DNA of 64,000 nt from Macrostomum lignano (taxonomy: Eukaryota). This document shows positions 11,560-22,227 of this stretch, in pieces. The stretch is taken from assembly GCA_002269645.1 (NCBI GenBank), contig NIVC01000811.1, positions 158,501-222,500 on the forward strand, in the 5' to 3' direction. Made by a program: the position numbers and the translations under genes. Under the pieces are notes generated by a model. That model did not search any database. It was given only the letters and a program-made list of their open reading frames with translations, and was not told where the DNA came from. Every line of letters starts with the position of its first letter. The first letter of the stretch is position 1.

Positions 11560-14275
11560 ATGAGGCCTCTCGCCCTCTTGATGGCTCTTTCGGCTGCAAT
11601 TCAGCTTCCAGACTTTTGTTCAGGTGAGACTGTTGCCTGTCTTTTTGGGTTTATTGCAATCAACGGAACTGCGTATCGAAGTTACAAGTAGTCACCCAGA
11701 CCTAATCAGCACCTTACCACTCTGTAGCATAGACCCACTCCCTCAGGCATAAGTAATCACTCAGACCTAATCAGCACCTTGCCACTCTGTAGCATAAGAC
11801 CCACTCCCTCAGGCATAGGTAATCACTCAGACCTAATCAGCACCTTGCCACTCTGTGGCATAGACCCACTCCCTCAGGCATAGGTAATCACTCAGACCTA
11901 ATCAGCACCTTGCCACTCTGTAGCATAGACCCACTCCCTCAGGCATAGGTAATCACTCAGACCTAATCAGCACCTTACCACTCTGTAGCATAGACCTCAG
12001 ATACACTAAGTTAAGACTACCTAAGCTATCAAGCAGCTTTACCACTCTGACACGAACCCCAGTCTAACACTAATTGGTAGTCACACAGCCTCTTCTTTAC
12101 TAAAGAAGAAACAAGGGCTATAATGGCCTTGAATTCGTTATATTATTCTCCACTGCTCATTACTCAACAACCTTACGTCAGAAGGCAACCAGTCTGCCAA
12201 CAATGAACTGCATGCGCTTGGAATTTAGCGTAGTTGCCCAGAAGGAAAGATATTTCTATTGAATTGATCAGCCATCTCTGTGTACCGTGCAATCCATCAG
12301 AAAAATTGCTAGTCATGCTGGCTGCATCAAATGAATAGGGGGGGGGGGGCTGCTCTGCTCGAAACGACAATCGGCCTCTAGTTTTTAATTCAAAGAAAAT
12401 CGCTGCGATTGTTGTTGCTGCTTTGCTACGTGCCTATGACCCTGCCGAGCCCCCCGCGGAGGAACCGGGCCCCCATCTTCCTTGCTCGGTTCCAGGCGAA
12501 TTTTTTTGTATGCCAGTGCCTAAAAAAGTTCGCCAGATTTTTGTATTTTGGTTGCATTTGTAGAAATTGAGCTAGCTAACTGCAGTGCATACGACAGCCC
12601 TGACTTTCCTATCACCATAAGTCATACATTCCCTCTGTGCAGATGGGGGTGCATCGCACGCCAAGCGAAAGGCCCATTCACACACTTTTACAAGCACCAG
12701 TCTATCGTAAAATTTTCACAAATAGATTAGCATAATAATTTACTCTGACTGCAAGCCCATCACCTTGGAATGCAGGTCTACCGCTGTGTCCCAATGAGCA
12801 GCTCAGTCTCGCTGCTCAGCTGACTCCCGCTGCTCAACTCTGTCTCGACGCCTCCACCGAAAGCCTCGTCGCTTCCGCGACCCTCGGTGCCGCTCCGTGC
12901 GTCCGACCGGCGATGTTCGAAGCGGTGAACCTCCTGCCAGCTCGGCCGGACACTCTGGCTCTCCTGTTGTCCGACGGCGCTCCGACTCTGTTCCTGACGG
13001 CCGGCAACGGCTCGAGACTCGACGCGACTCCGCTCACATCGGCGGCACAGCTGACTGCGGCCAGCTTTCGGACTCGACTGTCCGGAGCAGACGGCGGTGT
13101 CAGCTTTGAGAGCGTCCTGCGGCCGGGGATTTTCGTCGGACTTTTGTCGCCGAACTCCACTGAGGCAGGCGGGTCGGCTGTGGGACTGACAGCGGCCGAG
13201 CTGAGCTTCACCGTGAACTGCAGCACTGGTGAGTCGGCTGAGGACCTCCTCTGTGGAGCTGTGAGCTGTCATTGTTGTTTAACTTTCTGAAAGCTCTGCT
13301 TTTTCAGCCGCTTCGTCCCTGCGGTCTCGCGGCCAGCCGGCCCGCTTCTCCACCATCAACTACGCCGGGCTGTACGCGTCCTCCCTGGTGGACGGAAACC
13401 ACAATGGAAGATGGAGCTCCGGCTCGTGCGCTGAGACCTCCGCTTCCGACCCGACGCCCTGGTTCATGATCGACCTGCTGCGCGACTTCCTCATCGACCG
13501 AGTGGACGTGTACAACCGTCAGGACTGCTGCTACACTCGGTTCCGACAGGTGACTCTCGGTGTGGGATCGGATCCGCAGTCGTGGGTCACCTGGTCGCCG
13601 AGCCAGTTCGCACAGGTGAATTACTACGCTGGTCCGGCGATTCTGAGTCCTCAGGTAGTACCGTTTTCGGACATCCTGCTGGTTGGACGGTTCATCGTGC
13701 TGCAGAAGAACGTCACGGGTCTGGCTTCCAATCAGCTGATCATGAACCTGTGCGAGGTCGAGGTCTTCGGCTGGGACGTCTGTGAGTGCTTTGCGTATGG
13801 ATTTTTTCGCATAGATTAGAGCTTGCTTAGCAATCATTTGTCGCCACTTGCAGTTCCACTCGTGTCGGAGGGCATGCCGACCGCCGCCAGTTCTGCAGTC
13901 AGCACTGAGTTGTCAGTCGATGCCAAACTCAGCAACTGCTTCAACTCGCCGATCGCAACATCCAATGACTCCACCGCGTGGCTTCTCGTGGACTTTCTGC
14001 GTCCGGTGCAGTTGCACGAAGCCTCAGTCATTCTGGCTGTTCAGGCAGCGTCCAATGCTGAAACCAGTTTGCAGTTTTACGGAGTGCAAGACGCATCGTC
14101 CAACGGCACTGCTCTGGCAAACGTGTCATTTAGAGGCAACAAAGTTGGCCAAGTTCAACAGCGAGTGCATCTCAAGGACCGGACTGGTCAGATGGTTCGG
14201 ATGACCATTGACGGGACGTCGCAGCTGTCCATCTGCGAGATTCAGGTGTTCGCAGCTTCAGTTGGTGAGGATTAG
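11560..14275 (+). CDS. Secreted AbfB-like beta-trefoil + F-type lectin + degenerate F-lectin-fold protein, copy B. Exons 11560-11623, 12776-13228, 13308-13781, 13854-14275 (470 aa if the last donor is read through)
   Basis: Signal peptide MRPLALLMALSAAIQLPDFCSG; ASFRTRLSGADGGVSFESVLRPGIFV (AbfB/CBM42-type SFES motif); VDGN..GSC..PWFMIDL..YNRQDCCYTR..GRF..LCEVEVF (F-type lectin); all introns GT-AG, phase 1; total 1413 nt. Confidence 0.8.
11693..11998. repeat. 65-bp tandem repeat x~5 in lectin intron 1
   Basis: CCTAATCAGC at 11701, 11766, 11832, 11897, 11962. Confidence 0.9.
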
Positions 14276-14489
14276 TTTTTAGTGACTCTCTATCTTCACT
14301 ATGATCTTCCCGACTCAGTTCGGTAACCAGAGCCAATTCGCTTGATGTAACGCCATCGAGGGATTGTACTGGTAAATGCTTCCAGTTGGTCATCTTTCTC
14401 CAGTGTCTAATAAACTAACAATGTGTTTGTATTCTCAAAGGCTTCAGACTGCGCTTCTGTCCTCTTTCTGCCCAACAAAAGGCTCGCTT

Positions 14490-15730
14490 TCTGTTGCAGC
14501 TACTTATGTCTATGGTTCAAGCCAGACCCTAGACGTCGAATTAGAAATCATATAGACAACTAACCATTGCAGCTACTTATGTCTATGGTTCAAGCCAGAC
14601 CCTAGACGTCGAATTAGAAATCATATAGACAACTAACCATTGCAGCTACTTATGTCTATGGTTCAAGCCAGACCCTAGACGTCTAATTTTAGACATGCAT
14701 TGTCCAGAAGACACAGCCTGGCGTAATGACAAACTCAACTGGCCATTATTTCAGCTTTAACAGACGTTTGAACCATAGACGATTAGTTAAAGTATTCATA
14801 TATTAACTGGCATAAGGGAATAATGTTCACAGTAATGATAATCATAACAATAGTAATATTTGTGAGAAGAAAAATGATAGTCAAAACTATTTAGCCACAA
14901 AACTATTTAGCAGAAAACGCGCCTAACACAAAAACAACATAGTAGTCGTAGTCTGTTCATCAGAAGTTGCTCATTAAAAATGAAATGTGCAATCCTTGAA
15001 GTGGCAATTCTCGAAAAACCGAACTGGCAACGACTGGATTTCCACGGCGTCAAGGTTGACTCCATCTTCGGCGGGAGGCAGCTCCGGCAAGTCTTCGAGC
15101 CACTTGATAAATGAACTCAATTCTACATCCTGTTGATGCTCCTTTGCACTTAGCTCGGATAGTAGTTCTAACTCATATCTAGATACTCCGTTAAGGCTGT
15201 CCACGGGAAGATGCGACCAATTGATAAGCGCCATAGCCGAAAAAAGAAAAGACAGCTCTGTTAATCCTCGATCTCGACTATCTCTACTTCTCGTCAGCTC
15301 AAGCCTATCATCAGCTTATTCATTTATAGTCTATGGCCCAACAGCTTTTTTATTTATAGTCTATGGCCCAACCACCGCCCTCCTTACGCAGTCGCACGCA
15401 CGCAGACTCTTACCCTGAAATAATGACCGCTTCCGGCACGCTGAAATAATGGCCAGGCTGTGTCTTATAGACAATGACGTTGCGTAGTAGGTAAGGGGCT
15501 GAAATAATGGCCTTAGACACTCGTGCGCGGGCAATCTACCATTGCCACATATGTAGCTCGTAGCAATGCATGATTGTCACACGCTTCGTGAGTGGCTTGA
15601 TCAATAGGACAATAATATTGTCTATATGATTTCTTCCATAGACAATGCTCGAAGCCACTCGTGGCAATTCGTACATTGCCTATATCAGAAATCATTTAGA
15701 CAACTAACCATTGCTAGGGTTTTCTATGCT
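14490..15730. mobile_element. Probable non-autonomous, self-complementary DNA element (possibly Crypton-like) with an 86-aa - strand ORF at 14974-15234
   Basis: Inverted repeat 14708-14755 / 15440-15466; recurring ATAGACAA/TTGTCTAT motifs; 73-bp tandem x~2.7 at 14494-14685; ORF ends FFENCHFKDCTFHF*. Confidence 0.35.
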
Positions 15731-16225
15731 CGTATAGATAACAGATTTTGCAAAGAATTGCTGTTTTACACAGTGCTAATGGGGTTATGCCATAGAAAAA
15801 TGCACTAAAGTGATGGGAACATGGATGAAGGATTCCTTCCTTCATCCATGGATGGGAACAGCTGAAATTTCTTCGATGTTCGACTTCGTTGACTTTTAAC
15901 GCTTTGAACAAAGCCCTAATATTAACAAGACAAATAAAGAGGAAATAGCCAGAGCTGAGGCTACGGAGCAGACCCACGTTGGCTGCCAATTCATTTGTTT
16001 CTTTGTTGGAAAAAGACACAACAGTTTTGTATTCATTACTTTATTGCTGCCTAGTGCCTGATCACAATGCATGGAAAAGGCCAGCTCATTGGAGTGCAAC
16101 AAGTTTTCATTTGGTGCCTGCGTGATTTGTAAGGAAGGCTGCTTGCGTGCGGGAGATAATACTATTCATATATGAAAGTGTTTTGACGGTCATCAGCAAC
16201 CTTAGTTAACAAAATTCACAAACAG

Positions 16226-16830
16226 CACACCTGTCGCCTGTGGATTCCCGGGCCAGTATATACGCTCGTAATTCTACTTTGAACAGTACTTTTCCCTACG
16301 CGACTTTTCTGGTTGATGGGAAATATGAGTATGACAGCAGTGGCTCTATTGCAAAGCCGTGAGACGTCCTGCTGAGCGACTTCCTCGTTGACCGAGTTTA
16401 CGTGTGGATCCGATTATCAGGGGTGGCTGGAAAAGTTGCTGAGCCAGTTCACGCTGGTGAACTGCTCTGCTGGTCCGGCGGCTGCTGCTGGAAGTCCGAA
16501 AACTTTTACACACATCAGGCGTGTTGGACGTTTCGTCATGCTGCAGAAGAATGCCACTGGTCTCGCTTCTGAGCAGCTCGTCATGAGCCTGAACGAACTT
16601 GAAGTGTTCGGTTGAGACGTCTGTAAGTTCGAGTTTATTGTTACCTTGAGCCTGGAGATGATGCTTCCTGTGCAGCTGCACGAAGTGTTTCTCACCGCGA
16701 CCGTTCTGGACGTCATCAAAACGGAGATCACCTTCGATTTACCCATCATTGGAGACGAATGGACTGACGAAATCAAAATCACGAAATTCTACAGAACCGG
16801 AGATCATGACCGAGTGCGCGCGGGTACCTG
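16226..16830 (+). pseudogene. Lectin-cluster copy C: decayed homologue of exons 3-4
   Basis: LVDG, LLSDFLVDRVYV, VGRFVMLQKNATGLASEQLVMSLNELEVFG and PVQLHE align to copy B. In-frame TGA at 16360 and 16613; ~53-nt frameshifting deletion at ~16405. Confidence 0.8.
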
Positions 16831-16937
16831 AGTGACTGGACGGGCGGGTCGTTGCAGCTGACCATTTCCGGCATGTTTTTACACCAAAAAGAGCAGCAAC
16901 TTTATCAAGAAACGTTTGCTTCAACTTGATCATCTGC

Positions 16938-17187
16938 TTCACTCCCAGCTCCGATTCTGTGCGGCGGCGGCGGCGAGGCCTTCGAGCTCTGGGAGGCCAA
17001 GCCGAACACATCCAGCGGCACCCGCCGACTTCTGCACTGCACCGATCCGCTGCCGCAGCCGGCAGCTCAGTCCCGGTTGCCATGGCTACGCCGAACGCGT
17101 TAGCAACCGACTGGCTGCCCCTGAGGCTGCTGCAGCGGCCGGCTCTGAGCCCGGCTGGCGCGGCCGCCTTCGGCAGGCGGTCGGCGG
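16938..17187 (+). pseudogene. Partial inverted copy (D') of the exon at 18071-18646
   Basis: Reverse complement of ~18374-18616 at roughly 90%+ identity by eye, with a 5-nt frameshifting indel; truncated by a 14-bp repeat. Confidence 0.8.
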
Positions 17188-17204
17188 AGTGTACAGCGGC
17201 AGTC

Positions 17205-17372
17205 AATTTGTATCAGTCACTTTCTGATAATCAGTTTGTGATATTCAGTTTGTGACAGTCAATTTGTGACAGTCAATTTGTGACAGTCAATTTGTGACAG
17301 TCAATTTGTGACAGTCAATTTGTGGCAGTCAATTTGTGACAGTCAATTTGTGACAGTCAGTTTGTGACAGTG
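17205..17372. repeat. 14-bp repeat (TTTGTGACAGTCAA)n
   Basis: Direct reading. Confidence 0.85.
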
Positions 17373-18070
17373 ACCCGTCAGACAAAGAACAGGGCCAGTC
17401 AACCCAGACAGATTGAAATTTCTATTCAGGGTAACGGGCTTCAATAACTCAGACTGGATAAACACACAGAGAGCGCAAAGGCAGTCTCTGGACACTGAAC
17501 TCTATTGCTCAAATTTAAGATGACTGTATTCTTTAAATTTGTAATAATTTTTGTAATAGCAGAAGGTAAAAACATCATCTTATAAAGGCTTGAAATGTCA
17601 ATTTTCTCTGTCTCGCCAATGCGTACTTATATTTCATGTACATGTATTCTGAGTGGCAATTGAAGGCTTTAACACGTCACTCCATTTCTTATTGACAGTC
17701 GCGTAATGGAAGCAATTAAAGTCTGAAATGTCAACGAGATCAATAAAAAGTTGACATTACTTTGTTTGAACTGTCATGCTGTCAGACTTGCCATTTTAAA
17801 TTTCTTTTTTTCAATGCTAAAGGCTTGGCCTTAGAAAGATAGCTGCTTTAGCTTAAATTCTTAAGCGTCGTATATAAACAGTCGTCGATATTTTGAGTCA
17901 GTATATTTATAAAGAAAAATTTAACAGAAACATATTCACACAAAAGCGCATCAATGTACTTCAATATTTAATAAAAAATATATATTTTTAATAAGCATAC
18001 CTACCTTTGCCTTACCTTTGTGAGACAGCGGGTTGAAATAATGATAAAGTCACCCAGAGGGAATGCTCAC

Positions 18071-21000
18071 CGGAGTCGCAGGCGGCCTCGAAGCTGCTCA
18101 CCAGCCCGACACCGTCAGCCTCCGCCAGTCGCAGCGTCGCCACGCCGACTGCCGACTCCGCTGCCAGAAGGCCTGCCGCGCCATGCCGCAGCTCGAGTCT
18201 CCCGCAGCAGGACGTCGCGTGCGGCTGCGCCAGGCTGAAGGTCGCTCGCTGACGCTCCGCCTCGGCGTCGGCACCGCCGCCGCTCGTCGGGCGAAACAGC
18301 GCCGCGGTGTCGTTGGCTCCGGTCGGCAGGATGCTCAGGAACCAGCCGGGAGCTGCCGCAGCTTCGAAGGACGCCGCCGACCGCCGGCGGAAGGCGGCCG
18401 CGCCAGCCGGGCTCAGAGCCGGTCGCTGCAGCAGCCTCAGGGGCAGCCAGTCGGTTGCTAACGCGTTCGGCGTAGCCATGGCAACCGGGACTGAGCTGCC
18501 GGTCGCGGCTGTGGACCAGTGCAGAAGTCGGCGGGTACCGCTGGATGTGTTCGGCTTGGCCTCCCAGAGCTCGAAGGCCTCGCCGCCGCCGCACAGAGTG
18601 GGAGCTGGGAGTGGAACGGGATTTTGAATTGCGGTTACCAGCTGTGCTAGAATAAAGGTTTCACATTGAGAGAAGTCAAGTTAGCTGATATTCATACTCA
18701 TAATTGTATTTTAAAGGCGTCAAGTAGCTGTCTGCGGTAAATCCGGCTGACTCTTGCGCTACGCGACCCCCAGACTTATTTATTGCGCGCCCGCCTTCAT
18801 TTGGGGCTTGTGTGCACGGATATTGGCCAGGTGGGGTGCGATTCACAGCCAAGAGGGCCAACAGCCGTTCTGTAGTTGTTATTATTATCGGACTTTAAGC
18901 GTCACTAAAAACTAATCCTCACCAACTGAAGCTGCGAACACCTGAATCTCGCAGATGGACAGCTGCGACGTCCCGTCAATGGTCATCCGAACCATCTGAC
19001 CAGTCCGGTCCTTGAGATGCACTCGCTGTTGAACTTGGCCAACTTTGTTGCCTCTAAATGACACGTTTGCCAGAGCAGTGCCGTTGGACGATGCGTCTTG
19101 CACTCCGTAAAACTGCAAACTGGTTTCAGCATTGGACGCTGCCTGAACAGCCAGAATGACTGAGGCTTCGTGCAACTGCACCGGACGCAGAAAGTCCACG
19201 AGAAGCCACGCGGTGGAGTCATTGGATGTTGCGATCGGCGAGTTGAAGCAGTTGCTGAGTTTGGCATCGACTGACAACTCAGTGCTGACTGCAGAACTGG
19301 CGGCGGTCGGCATGCCCTCCGACACGAGTGGAACTGCAAGTGGCGACAAATGATTGCTAAGCAAGCTCTAATCTATGCGAAAAAATCCATACGCAAAGCA
19401 CTCACAGACGTCCCAGCCGAAGACCTCGACCTCGCACAGGTTCATGATCAGCTGATTGGAAGCCAGACCCGTGACGTTCTTCTGCAGCACGATGAACCGT
19501 CCAACGAGCAGGATGTCCGAAAACGGTACTACCTGAGGACTCAGACTCGCCGGACCAGCGTAGTAATTCACCTGTGCGAACTGGCTCGGCGACCAGGTGA
19601 CCCACGACTGCGGATCCGATCCCACACCGAGAGTCACCTGTCGGAACCGAGTGTAGCAGCAGTCCTGACGGTTGTACACGTCCACTCGGTCGATGAGGAA
19701 GTCGCGCAGCAGGTCGATCATGAACCAGGGCGTCGGGTCGGAAGCGGAGGTCTCAGCGCACGAGCCGGAGCTCCATCTTCCATTGTGGTTTCCGTCCACC
19801 AGGGAGGACGCGTACAGCCCGGCGTAGTTGATGGTGGAGAAGCGGGCCGGCTGGCCGCGAGACCGCAGGGACGAAGCGGCTGAAAAAGCAGAGCTTTCAG
19901 AAAGTTAAACAACAATGACAGCTCACAGCTCCACAGAGGAGGTCCTCAGCCGACTCACCAGTGCTGCAGTTCACGGTGAAGCTCAGCTCGGCCGCTGTCA
20001 GTCCCACAGCCGACCCGCCTGCCTCAGTGGAGTTCGGCGACAAAAGTCCGACGAAAATCCCCGGCCGCAGGACGCTCTCAAAGCTGACACCGCCGTCTGC
20101 TCCGGACAGTCGAGTCCGAAAGCTGGCCGCAGTCAGCTGTGCCGCCGATGTGAGCGGAGTCGCGTCGAGTCTCGAGCCGTTGCCGGCCGTCAGGAACAGA
20201 GTCGGAGCGCCGTCGGACAACAGGAGAGCCAGAGTGTCCGGCTGAGCTGGCAGGAGGTTCACCGCTTCGAACATCGCCGGTCGGACGCACGGAGCGGCAC
20301 CGAGGGTCGCGGAAGCGACGAGGCTTTCGGTGGAGGCGTCGAGACAGAGTTGAGCAGCTGGAGTCAGCTGAGCAGCGAGACTGAGCTGCTCATTGGGACA
20401 CAGCGGTAGACCTGCATTCCAAGTTGGTGGGCTTGCAGTCAGAGTAAATTATTATGCTAATCTATTTGTGAAAATTTTACGATAGACTGGTGCTTGTAAA
20501 AGTGTGTGAATGGGCCTTTCGCTTGGCGTGCGATGCACCCCCATCTGCACAGAGTGAATTTATGATTTATGGTGATAGGAAAGTCAGGGCTGTCGTATGC
20601 ACTGCAGTTAGCTAGCTCAATTTCTACAAATGCAACCAAAATACAAAAATCTGGCGAACTTTTTTAGGCACTGGCATACAAAAAAATTCGCCTGGAACCG
20701 AGCAAGGAAGATGGGGGCCCGGTTCCTCCGCGGGGGGCTCGGCAGGGTCACAGGCACGTAGCAAAGCAGCAACAACAATCGCAGCGATTTTCTTTGAATT
20801 AAAAACTAGAGGCCGATTGTCGTTTCGAGCAGAGCAGCCCCCCCCCCCCCTATTCATTTGATGCAGCCAGCATGACTAGCAATTTTTCTGATGGATTGCA
20901 CGGTACACAGAGATGGCTGATCAATTCAATAGAAATATCTTCCCTTCTGGGAAACTACTCTAAATTCCAAGCGCATGCAGTTCATTGTTAGCAGACTGGT

Positions 21001-21993
21001 TGCCTTCTGACGTAAGGTTGTTGAGTAATGAGCAGTGGAGAATAATATAACGAATTCAAGGCCATTATAGCCCTTGTTTCTTCTTTAGTAAAGAAGAGGC
21101 TGTGTGACTACCAATTAGTGTTAGACTGGGGTTCGTGTCAGAGTGGTAAAGCTGCTTGATAGCTTAGGTAGTCTTGACTGTGTCTAGATCTATATGTGAT
21201 CTATAGATCTAGATCTATATCTATATCTGAGGTCTATGCTACAGAGTGGCAAGGTGCTGATTAGGTCTGAGTGATTACCTATGCCTGAGGGAGTAGGTCT
21301 ATGTCACAGAGTGGTAAGGTGCTGATTAGGTCTGAGTGATTACCTATGCCTGAGGGAGTAGGTCTATGTCACAGAGTGGTAAGGTGCTGATTAGGTCTGA
21401 GTGATTACCTATGCCTGAGGGAGTGGGTCTATGCTACAGAGTGGCAAGGTGCTGATTAGGTCTGAGTGATTACCTATGCCTGAGGGAGTGGGTCTTATGC
21501 TACAGAGTGGTAAGGTGCTGATTAGGTCTGAGTGATTACCTATGCCTGAGGGAGTTGGTCTATGCTACAGAGTGGTAAGGTGCTGATTAGGTCTGAGTGA
21601 TTACTTATGCCTGAGGGAGTAGGTCTATGTCACAGAGTGGTAAGGTGCTGATTAGGTCTGAGTGATTACCTATGCCTGAGGGAGTGGGTCTATGCTACAG
21701 AGTGGCAAGGTGCTGATTAGGTCTGAGTGATTACCTATGCCTGAGGGAGTGGGTCTTATGCTACAGAGTGGTAAGGTGCTGATTAGGTCTGAGTGATTAC
21801 CTATGCCTGAGGGAGTTGGTCTATGCTACAGAGTGGTAAGGTGCTGATTAGGTCTGGGTGACTACTTGTAACTTCGATACGCAGTTCCGTTGATTGCAAT
21901 AAACCCAAAAAGACAGGCAACAGTCTCACCTGAACAAAAGTCTGGAAGCTGAATTGCAGCCGAAAGAGCCATCAAGAGGGCGAGAGGCCTCAT
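18071..21993 (-). CDS. Secreted AbfB-like/F-type lectin multidomain protein, copy B' (longest copy). Exons 21930-21993, 19959-20411, 19406-19879, 18923-19333, 18071-18646; 3' end unresolved
   Basis: Exons 1-4 mirror copy B. The exon 4 donor GTTG|gtgagg (phase 1) matches a phase-1 acceptor ttattctag| at 18647, opening a 576-nt stop-free exon with AAFRRRSAASFEAAAAPGWFL and a second ATF motif, ending CDSG|gtgagc. Confidence 0.75.
21230..21858. repeat. 65-bp tandem repeat x~10 (inverted counterpart of 11693-11998)
   Basis: About ten GTGCTGATTAGG cores. Confidence 0.9.
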
Positions 21994-22227
21994 CGTTTTG
22001 TCCTCGGTGTTGCAAAGCAATGCAGTGACAATCTTGAGCAGCAGTTTGGAACCCAAGAAGATGGAGAAAGAAATGAGCAGACAAGTTGTCTGCGAAGTCA
22101 CAGATCATCAGCATATACAGGTCTCTACCTGGAGCCTGATTGGCTTGAAGCAATTTGCCCAGCCACATGTGAATGAGCCTTCACTTGCCCCGTTAATGTT
22201 CACCTAAATGATTCAGATCTTAACGGC

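Noticed and set aside
11693-11998. Regularly spaced repeats resembling a CRISPR array (also 14494-14685 and the 30-bp satellite)
   Set aside because: Units are head-to-tail with no unique spacers, the context is eukaryotic, and there are no cas genes.
16360-16615. TGA-as-Trp or selenocysteine recoding in copy C
   Set aside because: The same copy has a frameshifting deletion, and all other genes here use TGG for Trp and TGA as stop.
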